From NCBI GenBank assembly GCA_036264085.1, contig DATARR010000012.1:34260-98259 (forward strand): 64,000 nt of DNA, written 5' to 3'. The notes beneath the pieces were generated by a model. That model saw only the letters and a list, made by a program, of their open reading frames with translations, had not been told where the DNA came from and searched no databases. Position numbers and translations under genes: made by a program. Below, piece by piece: positions 18,901-29,304 of the stretch. Origin of the DNA: Thermoanaerobaculia bacterium. GTDB taxonomy: Bacteria > Acidobacteriota > Thermoanaerobaculia > Multivoradales > UBA5704. Positions within the stretch are counted from its first letter, which is position 1, and each line of letters opens with the position of its first letter.

Positions 18901-19307
18901 TGATGATCATCAACGAGGATGCCGGCTCGGGCGGCGACGCCCTCCCCTGGTACTTCCGCAAGCTGGAGATCGGCCCGCTGATCGGCACGCGCACCTGGGG
19001 CGGCCTGGTGGGCATCTACGACTACCCGTCGCTGATCGGCGGCGGCCGCGTCACCGCCCCGCGGGTGGCCTTCTGGAATCCCAACGGCACCTGGGACGTG
19101 GAGAACCACGGTGTGGCGCCCGACGTCGAGGTCGACCTCGACCCCAAGGCCTGGCGCCAGGGGCACGACCTGCAGCTCGAGAAGGCCGTCCAGACGGCCC
19201 TCGACCTGCTGGCGAAGAACCCGCTGCCGAAGTCGAAGCGGCCGGCGTATCCGAACTATCAGCAGAAAACGCAGAAGGCGGCGGCCGGGGCAGGCTCAGG
19301 CGGCTGA
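15978..19307 (+). CDS. Tricorn-like protease (TolB-type beta-propellers + PDZ + S41 peptidase)
   Basis: ATG at 15978 preceded by GGAGG. Signal peptide MRRLALILVFALLAAVSLEA. Repeated P.FSPDG..LAF/W.SPDG..IAY propeller motifs. C-terminal S41-like segment VMIINEDAGSGGDA. The track start at 15858 is an upstream extension. Confidence 0.9.
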   Translation: MRRLALILVFALLAAVSLEAAGAEPLLRTPALSRTQIAFSYAGDIWLVGREGGEARRLTTGAGVETDPAFSPDGQWLAFTGQYDGNWDVYLVPVAGGIPRRLTWHPGIDRVVGWTPDGKRVVFRSGRDNPFANRLYTIAVAGGGLPAALPLPTAEEGTFSPDGTHLAYVPRWNRRSSPGTYVAWKRYRGGLASPIWIARLADSAVEEVPRQGSNDFDPMWIGDRVWFLSDRNGPATLFVYDPATRKVTQALENPGPDVASASAGPGAIVYDQLGKLHLYDLASGRSRVVEVKVSGDLPAVRPHYVKVADRIDFAGLSPTGMRAVFEAHGEILTVPAEKGDVRNLTHTPGAAERYPAWSPDGQKLAFFSDESGEYALHVVDQTGAGPVKKIDLGNPPSFFYEPKWSPDGRKIAYSDKRLNLWYVDLASPKPVRVDADTYDAPTRGLDPSWSPDSRFLAYTKELRNHMRAVFLHSLETGKSTQVTDGMSDARYATFDKSGKYLYFAASTDVGPTTGWLDMSSFQHPVTRSVYVAVLDKTLPSPLAPLSDEEKDAAAKEGKDGKDAKDGDKDADKGKAKAAVPVVKVDFDGIGQRILSLPVPARNYTGLSAGKEGVVLLLETPPAGGGAKGNIVHRFALDKRKTEKLLDGVQTLAVSYDGEKMLVHVGESWAIVPTAPAAAPPKPGDGALALDSLEVLVDPPAEWRQMYREVWRMERDFFYDPGLHGLDLKAAMARYQPYVDGIGHRSDLNALFNEMLGELTVGHMYVAGGDAPEVPKVKVGLLGADYEVADGRYRFARIYSGENWNPELQAPLTQPGVNVKPGEFLLSVGGRELKGTDDVHSFFEATAGKSVVLEVGPRADGKGARKVTVVPVDSEDRLRGLAWMEDNRRKVDELSGGRLAYVYLPDTGGGGYSNFNRYFFAQLGRAGAVIDERYNGGGAAADYIVDYLRRPLLNYFTTREGEDFTTPVGSIFGPKVMIINEDAGSGGDALPWYFRKLEIGPLIGTRTWGGLVGIYDYPSLIGGGRVTAPRVAFWNPNGTWDVENHGVAPDVEVDLDPKAWRQGHDLQLEKAVQTALDLLAKNPLPKSKRPAYPNYQQKTQKAAAGAGSGG

Positions 19308-20945
19308 GGCCCGCTCCAGGATCGCTCCGAAGTCCGTCAATGGCGGCAGGGTGCCGAACGCCCGGCCGCCGTCGCCGGCGAGGCGGCTGGCGACGAAGGC
19401 GTCGGCCACGTCCGGCGGGGAATGGCGGATGAGGAGCGAGGCCTGGAGGGCGAGGGCCAGCCGCTCCACCAGCCGGCGGGCACGGACCTCGGCGTCCGCC
19501 GGATCGTCGAGCGACCGGCGGAGGTCCATCGCGAAGGTGTCCAGACGGTGATCGGCGCCCCGGGCCTCGCGGACCTCGGCGAAGAGGGCCGCGAGCGACT
19601 CGGGAGATTTCTGCAGCGCCCGCAGCACGTCCAGGCACTGGACGTTGCCTGACCCTTCCCAGATGCCGTTGAGCGGCGCCTCCCGGTACAGCCGGGCGAG
19701 CCCCCACTCCTCCACGTAGCCGTTGCCGCCCAGGCACTCCAGCGCTTCGGCGGCGTGGACGGGAGCCCGCTTGCAGACCCAGTACTTGAGCACCGCCGTG
19801 GCCAGCCGCCGGAACGGCGCATCGCCCTCTTTGGAGGAAAAATCGTAGGCGCGGGCGAGGCGCATCATGGCGACCGTCGCCGCCTCCGACTCCAGGGCGA
19901 GGTCGGCCAGCACGTTGCGCATCAGCGGCTGCTCGATCAGCGGCCGGCCGAAGGCGCTGCGATTCCGGGCGTGGTGGAGGGCCCGCGCCGTGCCCCAGCG
20001 CATCCCCGCCGCCGCGCCGATGACGCAGTCGAGCCGGGTGTGATTGACCATCTCCAGGATCGTGGGCACGCCCCGCCCCTCCTCGCCCACCCGCCGCGCC
20101 CAGGCGGCGGCGAGCTCGATCTCGCTCGAAGCGTTGGAGCGGTTGCCGAGCTTGTCCTTGAGCCGGTGGATGTGCAAGCGATTGCGCTCGCCGTCCGGCG
20201 TGATCCTGGGCAGGAGGAAGCAGGTGAGGCCGCCGGGCGCCTGCGCCAGCACCAGGAAGGCGTCGCACATCGGCGCCGAGCAGAACCATTTGTGGCCCGT
20301 CAGCTCGTACTCGCCACCCGGGCCGTCGCCGTTGACCGGCCGCGCCTGCGTGGTGTTGGCGCGCACGTCCGAGCCCCCCTGCTTCTCCGTCATCGCCATG
20401 CCGCACAGCGCTCCGGCCTTCTCCCCGGCGGGGATCAACCGCGGATCGTAAACGGTCGCGGTGAACCGGCTCTCCCACTCCGCCGCCAGCTCCGGCTGCT
20501 GGCGCAGTGCGGGCACCACGGAGTAGGTCATGGAGAGCGGGCATCCCACTCCCGCCTCCACCTGGGCGAGGAGCATGAACGTCGTCGCCCGGGCCACGTG
20601 CGCCCCCGGCCGCGGCTCCCGCCACGGCAATGAATGGAGCCCGTGCTCCACTCCCAGCGCCAGCAGCGCATGCCACGCGGGGTGATACTCCACCTCGTCG
20701 AGCCGCCGGCCCGCCCGGTCGAACGCCTTGAGCACCGGCGGATGCTCGTTGGCCTGGAACCCCCACGCGATCGTCTCCCGCCGGCCCACGACCTCCCCGA
20801 ACGCCCGCGCCCGCTCCTCCGCCCACTCCGCGCCCTCGCGCCGCAACGCCTCGGCGAGGGCAGCGTCGGTGGTGAACAGGTTCACGTCCTCGAACGGCGG
20901 CGGCTGATTGAAGACCGTGTGGGTGGAGCAGGGATCGGGGACCAT
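19296..20945 (-). CDS. aidB: AidB-like acyl-CoA dehydrogenase family protein
   Basis: Collinear with E. coli AidB as I recall it: THTVFNQPPPF, FHPAWH, GMAMTEKQGGSDVRANTT, LKDKLGNRSNASSEIE, YREAPLNGIWEGSGNVQCLDVLR. Confidence 0.9.
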   Translation of the reverse strand: MVPDPCSTHTVFNQPPPFEDVNLFTTDAALAEALRREGAEWAEERARAFGEVVGRRETIAWGFQANEHPPVLKAFDRAGRRLDEVEYHPAWHALLALGVEHGLHSLPWREPRPGAHVARATTFMLLAQVEAGVGCPLSMTYSVVPALRQQPELAAEWESRFTATVYDPRLIPAGEKAGALCGMAMTEKQGGSDVRANTTQARPVNGDGPGGEYELTGHKWFCSAPMCDAFLVLAQAPGGLTCFLLPRITPDGERNRLHIHRLKDKLGNRSNASSEIELAAAWARRVGEEGRGVPTILEMVNHTRLDCVIGAAAGMRWGTARALHHARNRSAFGRPLIEQPLMRNVLADLALESEAATVAMMRLARAYDFSSKEGDAPFRRLATAVLKYWVCKRAPVHAAEALECLGGNGYVEEWGLARLYREAPLNGIWEGSGNVQCLDVLRALQKSPESLAALFAEVREARGADHRLDTFAMDLRRSLDDPADAEVRARRLVERLALALQASLLIRHSPPDVADAFVASRLAGDGGRAFGTLPPLTDFGAILERASAA

Positions 20946-20969
20946 GCCGGGAGGATATCGCGGGGGTCC

Positions 20970-21002
20970 AAAAAAAGAAGGAGCGCGGTGCGCTCCTTTT
21001 TT
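20970..21002 (-). terminator. Rho-independent (bidirectional-looking) terminator downstream of uppP
   Basis: aaaaaaagaa-GGAGCGC-ggt-GCGCTCC-tttttt. A 7-bp GC stem flanked by an A-run and a T-run. On the minus strand the hairpin is followed by TTCTTTTTTT. Confidence 0.65.
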
Positions 21003-21088
21003 GGGAGGGATGAGAGGAGGATTTGCCTCCCCGCACCTCGAACCCTAGCCTAGTCATGCGCACTTGTCAATATGAATTCTCTATCTTC

Positions 21089-21919
21089 TTAGCGCGAAGC
21101 CAGCGCAGCCAGGATCACGGCCGCCAGCAGCACCCGGTAGACCACGAACACGGTCAGGCTGCGGCGGCGCAGCCAGTTGAGGAGCCAGGCGATCACCCCG
21201 TAGCCCACGAGGGCGGAGACCACGATGCCGATGCCCATCATGGCCAGGTCGTGGGAGGTCAGGGGGTGCGCCGCCGGGACCTTGGGCAGGAACAGCTTCT
21301 TCGCGTCGTGGGCGGCCACCAGGACGCCGATCGGCACGCTCAGGAGGAAGGTGAAGGTGGCGGCCGCCGGCCGGGTGAGGCCGAGGAGCAGGGCGGCGGT
21401 GATGGTGATGCCGGAGCGCGAGGTGCCGGGCACCAGCGCCAGGGCCTGCGCGATGCCGATGACGAGGGCGTCCCGCCACCAGAGGTCGCCCAAGGCCCGG
21501 TCCTTGCGGCCGATGCGGTCGGCGACGAAGAGGAGCAGGCCATAGAAGAGGGTCGTGCCGGCGATGAGCCGGGGGTTGCGCGCCTCGGTGGCGATCCAGT
21601 CGTGGAGGGCGAGGCCGGCGAGGCCGGCGGGGATGGTCCCCAGCACGAGGTTCCAGGCCATGGTGCGGGGCACGAATTCGCCGTCCCGCGAGCGCGGCGC
21701 GCCGGTGAAGAAGCCCGTGATCAGGTCCCGCAGGTCGCGATGGAAGTAGGCCACGATGGCGAGCAGCGTGCCGGTGTTGGTGGCGATGTCGAAGTCGAGC
21801 CCCTGGTCGGGCCAGCCCAGGAACCAGGGGACCAGGATCAGGTGACCCGAGGAGCTGACGGGCAGGAACTCGGTGATGCCCTGGACGATCGACAGGACGA
21901 CGGCCTGGATCGCCGTCAC
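21089..21919 (-). CDS. uppP: Undecaprenyl-diphosphate phosphatase
   Basis: MTAIQAVVLSIVQGITEFLPVSSSGHLIL and PGTSRSGITI are the conserved BacA/UppP motifs. About 8 TM helices. Confidence 0.95.
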   Translation of the reverse strand: MTAIQAVVLSIVQGITEFLPVSSSGHLILVPWFLGWPDQGLDFDIATNTGTLLAIVAYFHRDLRDLITGFFTGAPRSRDGEFVPRTMAWNLVLGTIPAGLAGLALHDWIATEARNPRLIAGTTLFYGLLLFVADRIGRKDRALGDLWWRDALVIGIAQALALVPGTSRSGITITAALLLGLTRPAAATFTFLLSVPIGVLVAAHDAKKLFLPKVPAAHPLTSHDLAMMGIGIVVSALVGYGVIAWLLNWLRRRSLTVFVVYRVLLAAVILAALASR

Positions 21920-22068
21920 GGCGCGAAGCCTCTGGACATGGGGGTGATCTCCTTGGTTGCAAGCCCGGCCGCCGGGCGGGCCGGCCGATTCTATGACGGA
22001 CGCGGCTCCCGGCGCGTATACCGCTATACTTCCCCGGCCGCGGCCGTACCCCGGGGCGGCTCAATTCC

Positions 22069-23157
22069 ATGGATACCCTCCTCGTCACCGGCGGCGCCGG
22101 GTTCATCGGCTGCAACTTCGTGAGGCTCGCCCTCGCCGAGACCGAGGCCCGCGTCGTCGTCCTCGACAAGCTCACCTACGCCGGCAGCCTGGAGAGCCTG
22201 GACGACGTGCTGGGAGATCCCCGCCTGCGCTTCGTCCGCGGCGACGTCGCGGAGCGGCCGGCGGTGCAGCGGGTCTTCCTGGAGCACCGGCCCGCCGCCG
22301 TGGTCAACTTCGCCGCCGAGAGCCACGTCGACCGTTCGATCGACGACGCCTCCGACTTCGTCCGCACCAACGTGGTGGGGGCCTTCGAGCTGCTGGAGGC
22401 GGCCCGCCTCCACCTCGCCGCGGCGCCGGCCGCCGAGCGCGAGCGCTTCCGTTTCCTGCACGTCTCCACCGACGAGGTCTACGGCAGCCTGGGGCCCACC
22501 GGCGCCTTCTCGGAGTCGACCCCCTACGCCCCCAACTCCCCCTACGCCGCCTCGAAGGCGGGGGCGGACCACCTGGTGCGCGCCTACCACGAGACCCACG
22601 GCCTGCCGGCGCTGCTCACCAACTGCTCGAACAACTACGGCCCCTTCCAGTTCCCCGAGAAGCTGATCCCGCTGATGATCCTCAACGCCCTCGAAGGCCG
22701 GCCGCTCCCCCTCTACGGCGACGGCGGCAACGTCCGCGACTGGCTGTACGTGGAGGACCACTGCCGGGGGCTCCTGACCGTGCTGCGCCACGGCCGGCCG
22801 GGGGAGAGGTACAACCTCGGGGGGAGGAGCGAGCGCACCAACCTGCAGATCGTGGACACGCTCTGCGACATCCTGGAGAGCGAGCGGCCGGCGGCGGCCA
22901 ACCCGGCGCTGGCCGGCCGCAGCTACCGGGACCTCAAGACCTTCGTCGCCGACCGTCCCGGGCACGACCGCCGCTACGCCATTGACGACGCCAGGATCCG
23001 CCGCGAGCTCGGCTGGGAGCCGCGGCACGACTTCGCCGCCGGCCTGCGCGCCACGGTGCGCTGGTACCTCGCGAACCGCGCCTGGTGCGAGGCCGTGCAG
23101 GCCGGCCGCTACGGGCGCGAACGCCTGGGCCTGGGGATCAGCCTGGGGAGGAGCTGA
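22069..23157 (+). CDS. rfbB: dTDP-glucose 4,6-dehydratase
   Basis: LLVTGGAGFIGCNFVR Rossmann motif, HVSTDEVYG, YAASKAGADHL (YxxxK), DGGNVRDWLYVEDH. Confidence 0.95.
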   Translation: MDTLLVTGGAGFIGCNFVRLALAETEARVVVLDKLTYAGSLESLDDVLGDPRLRFVRGDVAERPAVQRVFLEHRPAAVVNFAAESHVDRSIDDASDFVRTNVVGAFELLEAARLHLAAAPAAERERFRFLHVSTDEVYGSLGPTGAFSESTPYAPNSPYAASKAGADHLVRAYHETHGLPALLTNCSNNYGPFQFPEKLIPLMILNALEGRPLPLYGDGGNVRDWLYVEDHCRGLLTVLRHGRPGERYNLGGRSERTNLQIVDTLCDILESERPAAANPALAGRSYRDLKTFVADRPGHDRRYAIDDARIRRELGWEPRHDFAAGLRATVRWYLANRAWCEAVQAGRYGRERLGLGISLGRS

Positions 23158-23160
23158 AGA

Positions 23161-23724
23161 ATGGAATTCGTCCCGCTGGAGCTCGCTGGGATCGTCCTGG
23201 TCAAGCCCGACGTCCACGGCGACGCCCGCGGCTTCTTCCTCGAGACCTATCACGCGCGCAAGTACCGCGAAGGCGGCATCCCCGGCACCTTCGTCCAGGA
23301 CAACCACTCGTTCTCCGTGCAGGGCACGCTGCGCGGCCTCCACGCCCAGCTCCACCACCCCCAGGGCAAGCTGGTGCGGGCCATCGCCGGCGAGATCTAC
23401 GACGTGGCGGTGGACGCCCGGCCCCACTCTCCCACCTGCGGCCAGTGGGTGAGCGCCGTCCTCTCGTCGGAGAACCACCACCAGCTCTACGTCCCTCCCG
23501 GCTTCGTGCACGGCTTCGTGGTGCTGAGCGAGACGGCGCACGTGCAGTACAAGTGCACCGACTTCTACGACAAGGAGGACGAGTTCGGCGTCCTCTGGAA
23601 CGACCCGGACCTCGCCATCGACTGGCCGGTCCGGGAACCCCTCCTCAACGCCCGGGACCGCGGCTTCCCCCGGCTGGCGGAGATCCTGCATCGGCTGCAC
23701 GGACATGGGAAAAAAGACTCCTGA
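23161..23724 (+). CDS. rfbC: dTDP-4-dehydrorhamnose 3,5-epimerase
   Basis: GDARGFFLETY, QDNHSFS..GTLRGLH, GKLVRAIAGEIYDVAVD, YVPPGFVHGF. Confidence 0.95.
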   Translation: MEFVPLELAGIVLVKPDVHGDARGFFLETYHARKYREGGIPGTFVQDNHSFSVQGTLRGLHAQLHHPQGKLVRAIAGEIYDVAVDARPHSPTCGQWVSAVLSSENHHQLYVPPGFVHGFVVLSETAHVQYKCTDFYDKEDEFGVLWNDPDLAIDWPVREPLLNARDRGFPRLAEILHRLHGHGKKDS

Positions 23725-25348
23725 GATCACGACTCGCCATGGCTCCCTCTCCGCCGTGACCGCCCCGGACATGTACGAAGACCTCTTCACGCCGCGCGAC
23801 CTGCAGCAGATGGGGGCCATGGGCCTGTCGCCGCGCGAAGCGGCCCGCCAGGTGGAGCTGTTCCGCAACCCGCCGCCCTATACCCGCGTGCTGCGGCCCT
23901 GCCGGCTGGGCGACGGCATCCTGTCGCTGCCGGAATCGGCGCACGCGGCGCTGCTCGCCCGCTATGACGCCGCCGCCTGCCGCGGGCGCATCGGCAAGCT
24001 CGTCCCCGCCTCCGGCGCCGCCACCCGTATGTTCAAGGGTCTGCTGTCATTCCTGACCAGTCATCCCGGCACGCCCGGCGCTCTGGGGCCGCGCGAGCTG
24101 CCGGAGGAGGTCCGCACCTTCTTCGACAACCTGCCGCGCTTTCCCTTCCACGAAGAGCTGGCCGCGGCCCTGGGAGCCGACGGCATCGACCTCGACGACG
24201 CGGTGCGCCGGGGCGAGCACCGCCTGGTCCTCGGCTACCTGCTGGAGGGCTTCGGGCTCGGCTACGCCCATCTCCCCAAGGGCCTGCTCCCGTTCCACCG
24301 CTATCCACAGGGGACGCGCACGGCGTTCGAGGAGCACCTGGTGGAGGCGGCGGACATCGCCCGCGACGAGGACGGCCTCTGCCTCCTGCATTTCACCGTC
24401 TCACCCCACCATGAAGAGGGGTTCGAGCGGCTGCTCGCCCGGGTGCGGCCGGACCTCGAAGAGCGCTACGACTGCCGCTTCGAGGTCTCCTTCTCTTTCC
24501 AGCGGCCGGCGACCGACACCCTCGCCGTCGACCTCGAGAACCGCCCGTTCCGGCTGGAGGACGGCTCCCTCCTCTTCCGTCCCGGCGGCCACGGCGCCCT
24601 GATCGAGAATCTGCACGACCTCGGCCGCGACGGCTGGGACGTCGTCCTGCTCAAGAACGTCGACAACGTCGTGCCCGACGCTCGCAAGCCCGTCGTCCAT
24701 CACTGGAAGCGGCTGCTCGGGGGGTGCCTGCTGGAGGTGCGGGAGCGCATCTTCGGCCACCTGGACCGCCTGGAGGCGCTGGACGGCGTGCGGGGGGACG
24801 CGGCCGAGGCCGTGCTGCGCGACGCCGGCGAGCTCCTCGCCGGCGAGCTCTCCCGCCCTCTGCCCCCGGGGTTCCACACCGCCTCGCCGCAGGAGCGCAA
24901 GAGCTTCCTCATGGAGTCGCTGGACCGGCCGCTGCGCGTCTGCGGCGTGGTGCGCAACCAGGGCGAGCCCGGAGGCGGGCCGTTCTGGGTGGAGTCCCCG
25001 TCCGGCGGCATCTCGCCGCAGATCGTCGAGGCCTCGCAGATCGATCCCGCCGCGCCGGACCAGCAGGCCGCCCTCAGGGCCTCCAGCCACTTCAACCCGG
25101 TGGACCTCGCCTGCGGTCTGCGCGACCGCCACGGCCGCCCCTACGACCTGCAGCGCGCCATCGATCCCGCCACCGTCTTCATCTCCGAGAAGTCGCACGA
25201 AGGGCGCCCCTTGAAGGCCCTGGAGCGGCCCGGCCTGTGGAACGGCGCCATGGCCGGCTGGAACACCGTGTTCGTGGAAGTGCCCGACGTCACCTTCGCG
25301 CCGGTCAAGACGGTGCTGGACCTGCTGCGGCCCGAGCACCAGGTGTAG
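23705..25348 (+). CDS. Conserved hypothetical protein (DUF4301-like, nucleotidyltransferase-related)
   Basis: 547-aa ORF with good coding character. N-terminal [32 protein letters not shown] resembles DUF4301 proteins as I recall them. The start may be the ATG at 23771. Family assignment is tentative. Confidence 0.6.
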   Translation: MGKKTPEITTRHGSLSAVTAPDMYEDLFTPRDLQQMGAMGLSPREAARQVELFRNPPPYTRVLRPCRLGDGILSLPESAHAALLARYDAAACRGRIGKLVPASGAATRMFKGLLSFLTSHPGTPGALGPRELPEEVRTFFDNLPRFPFHEELAAALGADGIDLDDAVRRGEHRLVLGYLLEGFGLGYAHLPKGLLPFHRYPQGTRTAFEEHLVEAADIARDEDGLCLLHFTVSPHHEEGFERLLARVRPDLEERYDCRFEVSFSFQRPATDTLAVDLENRPFRLEDGSLLFRPGGHGALIENLHDLGRDGWDVVLLKNVDNVVPDARKPVVHHWKRLLGGCLLEVRERIFGHLDRLEALDGVRGDAAEAVLRDAGELLAGELSRPLPPGFHTASPQERKSFLMESLDRPLRVCGVVRNQGEPGGGPFWVESPSGGISPQIVEASQIDPAAPDQQAALRASSHFNPVDLACGLRDRHGRPYDLQRAIDPATVFISEKSHEGRPLKALERPGLWNGAMAGWNTVFVEVPDVTFAPVKTVLDLLRPEHQV

Positions 25349-28300
25349 CCGTCAGCCGCGGCGTCCCGGCGAGGGCCGCCGCCGCCCGCTGCGCGAGCCC
25401 CTTGTGCCCCTGCTTCTCGGCGGCCCGCCGCACCTCTTCGAGAGTGGCGCGGCCGGCGGCCGTGCTCCCGGTCCCCAGCTCCAGCGAGCCGAGGGCGAGG
25501 CGGGCTTCGAGGCCGGCGGTGACGAATCCGAGCCGGTCCGCCTCGGCGACCGCGCCGCGCAGCCGGTCGAGGGCCGGTGCCGCCGCCGTCGTCGCGACAC
25601 CGGCCGGGGCCACCGCCGTGGTCACGAAGATCTGCAGCTCGGGGTTCTCGCTGGGCTGGGCCAGGGAGGTGGCGCGGCCGGCGGCCTCGCCCGCCGGCCC
25701 CGGCCGGCCCAGGGCCTGCAGGGCCTCGGCCAGGAGCGCCAGGGCTCGCGCCTGATCGCCGGCCAGCCCTCTCTCGCCGTACCACCGCGCCCCCTCGCCG
25801 GCGAGGCGCTCGGCCTCCGCCGCCTGCCCCGCCAGCAGAGCGAGGCGCGCGAGGTCCAGGCGGATCTCGGCGGCGAGCAGCGCCGCTCGCCGCTCGTCGG
25901 CCAGCCGCAGCGCGTCCGACAGGCGCTGGCGGCCGCCGGCCAGGTCGCCGGCCGCGGTCTGCACCCGCCCCTGCCGCTGCAGCGCCGCGGCACCCACCAG
26001 CACCGCCCGGATCTGCTGCGCGAGCTCCCACTGGTCGGATGCGAACCGCTGGGCGCCCGCGAGGTCCCCCCGCTCATACGCCAGGTCGGACAGCGTCCCC
26101 AGCAGTTGCGAGGCGCCCAGCTTGTCGCCCACCCGCCGCTTCTCCTCCAGGGCGTGGGTGAGCCGGCGCTCGGCCAGCGGGAGATCGCCCTGCAGGATCA
26201 GCGTCCTGCCGACCGCTCCCAGGTACGAGGCGGCCAGGAACGGGTCGCCATAGGAGCGGGCCACCGCGAACGCCTGCTCCTGGCGCAGCCGCGCCTCGGA
26301 CAGCGGGCCGGCGGAGGTCAGGATGCGGCCGATCCCGTTCAGCGCCCGGGCCTCTTCCACCCGGTTGCCGGACTGGCGCGCCTGGCTCAGCACCTCTTCG
26401 TAGCGCTGCCGGGCCCCCGCCGCGTCGCCCAGGTCCCAGAGGACCTCGGCGATCTTGAACAGGGTCCGGGTCTCATAGAGATGGTCCTCCAGCGCGACGA
26501 AGCGGGCATGGGTCTCCTCGATCAGCGTGCGCGAGCGTTCGAGGTCCCCCAGGTTCGCCGCCACGAAGGCGAGGCCCAGGGTCTGGGAGGCGACCAGCTC
26601 GCTCGAGCCGGTCTGCCGCGCGATGGCGAGCGCCTCCTGATACTGCTCCTCGGCGCCGGCGAAATCGCCGGTGTCCAGCAGCACCGCCCCCACGCGATTG
26701 AGCGTGCGCGCCACCGCGGCCTGATTGCCCGCCGCGGCGAACAGGCCGCGGGCCTCCCGGAAGCGGGCGATCGACTCCTGCGGCCGGCCCATGGTGTACA
26801 GGGCGTCCCCCTGGAGGAGCAGGGCCTCGCCGATGATCTGGCTCTGCGCCAGCCGCCGTCCCTTGGCGGCGGCGGCCGTGCCGGCGCGCAGCTCCTCTCC
26901 GGGATCGGCCATCCGGCGCGCGATCTGGGCCGCCGCGAGGTCGATGCGCGGGTCGTCGCGCAGCGGCGCCGGCAGGGCGCGCAGCGCGGCCACCGTGGCC
27001 AGGGCCTCGGTGCTGCGGCCGGCGATCGAGAAGCTGTTGGCCAGTTGCAGGCCGTACTCGAGGTTGTCGGGGAAGAAGGTCCACAGCGAGCGGTAGATCT
27101 CCGTCGCCTTGGCCCAATCGCGGCTGGCCTCGCGGAACCGCGCCTCGATCGCCCGCTGCTGCTCGTTGGGCAGCGAGCCCGCGAGGCTCACCGCCTGCCG
27201 TGCCTCCTCCAGGCCCTGCGCGTCGTAGCCGAGCCCCGTCCAGGCGCGCGACAGGGCGGAGTGGATCACCGCCGAATCGGGGTCCGCCTTGACCGCCCGC
27301 TGCAGGCGGTCGCGCGCCCCCAGCGCGTCATAGGCGTGCAGCTTGTCCAGCCCCTCGGCGTAGAGCCGCGCCGCCTCCGCGCTCCCCGGCTGCAGCGCCT
27401 GGGCCGCTCGGGCCTGCTCCGGCGACGGGTCGGCCCAGCCGAGGTCGTGCCGCATCTTCCCCCCCAGGAGCGACACCAGCTCGAAGAGGTTGTCCTCGGT
27501 CCCGGAGACGGCCAGCGAGGCCGCGGTGTCGCCGCCCGGCGCCTTGAGCACGCGCAGGTCGATGCGGATCCTGCCGTCGCCCCGGGCGCCGAGAGAGAGA
27601 TAGGAGCCCACGGCCACCTGGTCGGCGCCCAGGCTGCGGTGGATCTGCGCCAGGTCGTCCTCGCTCAGGTCTTCGAGCGCGCCCCCCGGGGACGTCTTCA
27701 GCGACTGCCGGACGCGCGCCACGTCCTCACCCGACACCAGCCGCACCCGCGAGCCGGCCGACAGCTCGGTGGTGAGCATCTCGGCGAGGGCGGTGGCCAG
27801 CCAGTCCTGATCGCGGATGCCGGAGAGGTTGCGGAAGCCCATCACCGCCAGCGTCGGCCGCACGTTGACGGCGGGCGCTGCGGGGGCCGGCGTCTCCGCC
27901 TTCGCATTCGCCGCCGGCTTCTGCCGCTGGCCATAGAGAAGGTAAAGGCCGGCCATCGCCGCCGCCAGCAGCAGTCCCAGGACGAGGCCGGCGAAGAGGA
28001 AGCGGCGCCGGCCGCGGGGGGCCAGGAAGGGCCGGGGCGGGGGCGGCTTCGACAGCACGAACGTGTCGGAGAGTGTCTCGTCCTCGTCCAGCGCCGGTCT
28101 GGCGGCGGCAGTGGGTGGCGGCAATGGCGAGGGGGGCGCGGGGGGCGCGGGGACGGCCGGCAGCGAGCCCGGCGGCGGGAAGAGCGCGGCGATCTGGAAT
28201 TCCCCCGTCGACTCCCGGGGGACCTCTCGGACCTGGGCCACGAAGCTGTATCCCCGCCCCGGCACCGTCACCACGTAGCGATGGTCGTTCGCCCGCTCGC

Positions 28301-28559
28301 CCAGGGCCTTGCGCAGGGAGGAGACGTTCTGGGTGAGGTTGGCCTCGGTGACGTAGGTGTCCGGCCAGACCTTCTGGATCAGGTCCTCTTTGTCCACCAC
28401 CCCGCCGCGCCTCTCCAGCAGGACGAGGAGGATCGAGAACGCCTTCGGCGTGAGGGGGACCTGCTCGCCGCCCCGGAGCAGGCGGCGCCGGACGGGGTCC
28501 ACCCGGAAGCCGTCGAACTCGTACAGGGATTTCTCGGTGCGCGTCTCTAGGCTGCTCAT
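25305..28559 (-). CDS. CadC/OmpR-type winged-helix transcriptional regulator with TM segment and long TPR region
   Basis: From the ATG at 28559: [85 protein letters not shown] is a trans_reg_C domain. TM helix [23 protein letters not shown]. The C-terminal ~700 aa has a TPR-like A/L-rich periodicity. Confidence 0.85.
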   Translation of the reverse strand: MSSLETRTEKSLYEFDGFRVDPVRRRLLRGGEQVPLTPKAFSILLVLLERRGGVVDKEDLIQKVWPDTYVTEANLTQNVSSLRKALGERANDHRYVVTVPGRGYSFVAQVREVPRESTGEFQIAALFPPPGSLPAVPAPPAPPSPLPPPTAAARPALDEDETLSDTFVLSKPPPPRPFLAPRGRRRFLFAGLVLGLLLAAAMAGLYLLYGQRQKPAANAKAETPAPAAPAVNVRPTLAVMGFRNLSGIRDQDWLATALAEMLTTELSAGSRVRLVSGEDVARVRQSLKTSPGGALEDLSEDDLAQIHRSLGADQVAVGSYLSLGARGDGRIRIDLRVLKAPGGDTAASLAVSGTEDNLFELVSLLGGKMRHDLGWADPSPEQARAAQALQPGSAEAARLYAEGLDKLHAYDALGARDRLQRAVKADPDSAVIHSALSRAWTGLGYDAQGLEEARQAVSLAGSLPNEQQRAIEARFREASRDWAKATEIYRSLWTFFPDNLEYGLQLANSFSIAGRSTEALATVAALRALPAPLRDDPRIDLAAAQIARRMADPGEELRAGTAAAAKGRRLAQSQIIGEALLLQGDALYTMGRPQESIARFREARGLFAAAGNQAAVARTLNRVGAVLLDTGDFAGAEEQYQEALAIARQTGSSELVASQTLGLAFVAANLGDLERSRTLIEETHARFVALEDHLYETRTLFKIAEVLWDLGDAAGARQRYEEVLSQARQSGNRVEEARALNGIGRILTSAGPLSEARLRQEQAFAVARSYGDPFLAASYLGAVGRTLILQGDLPLAERRLTHALEEKRRVGDKLGASQLLGTLSDLAYERGDLAGAQRFASDQWELAQQIRAVLVGAAALQRQGRVQTAAGDLAGGRQRLSDALRLADERRAALLAAEIRLDLARLALLAGQAAEAERLAGEGARWYGERGLAGDQARALALLAEALQALGRPGPAGEAAGRATSLAQPSENPELQIFVTTAVAPAGVATTAAAPALDRLRGAVAEADRLGFVTAGLEARLALGSLELGTGSTAAGRATLEEVRRAAEKQGHKGLAQRAAAALAGTPRLTATPGARAAAGPAPS

Positions 28560-29057
28560 CGTCCTGAAGCTCGAAACCAGGGTTCCCCCGAGTCTCCCCG
28601 AGGGAGACAACGGAAGACCGCCTCGGATCTCCTCGGAGTGACCTCTCTCCAGCCCACCTCGTCCTCAAGGTGCACGAAGTTAACGGATTGTACATCAGGA
28701 CGCCTCAAGGCGGCTCTGAGACGGCTTTGATGTTTTTTGATGAAGCTTGAGCGAAACCATGAGGACTCTTGAGTGCTTCCGGCCGCATACTTCCTTCATC
28801 GCAGCACCCGAGGGGAGGAGAGGCGGAAACCGGAGGGAGGGGCCCGTCACTCACTTGAAGTTCTTTTTTGAAGGTCATTTGATGGGGAGGAGAGGAGCTC
28901 TTAGGTTCTGTTCTTTTGATTCAGTCCTGTATTAGGGGTGAGGCCCGGCGGAGCAATCCTGACCGGGCTCTTTTCTTTTTGGGGCGAGCTTCCCCGGGGG
29001 GCGCCGGGATTTGCCCGACCTGCTGTTGTCAGCGCCCCTCCGGGCTTCCGGGGCGGA

Positions 29058-29221
29058 CCCCTCACTCTCCCAACCCTCTCTCTCCCGGCCTCCCCCCCCG
29101 TCCGCCGGGAGAGAGAGGGCTTAAGACAGCCGCATTCCTTGCTTTTTCTTCAGACTAACCACTCCCTCTTCTCCCGGCGGACGGGGGGGAGGCCGGGAGA
29201 AGAGGGCCGGGGTGATGAGGG
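29058..29221. mobile_element. MITE-like interspersed hairpin element, copy A
   Basis: Two internal hairpins (ccctctctctcccggc...gccgggagagagaggg and ccctcttctcccggc...gccgggagaagaggg) with ends ccctcactc / ggtgatgaggg. About 85% identical to the copy at 44525. Confidence 0.8.
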
Positions 29222-29304
29222 CCAACGGCTCAGCCGGGCAATCTGGCGAAGCAGGACTACACCCCTACTCCAAAGACAAGCTGACGCGGGGAGCGCAGAG
29301 ACCT

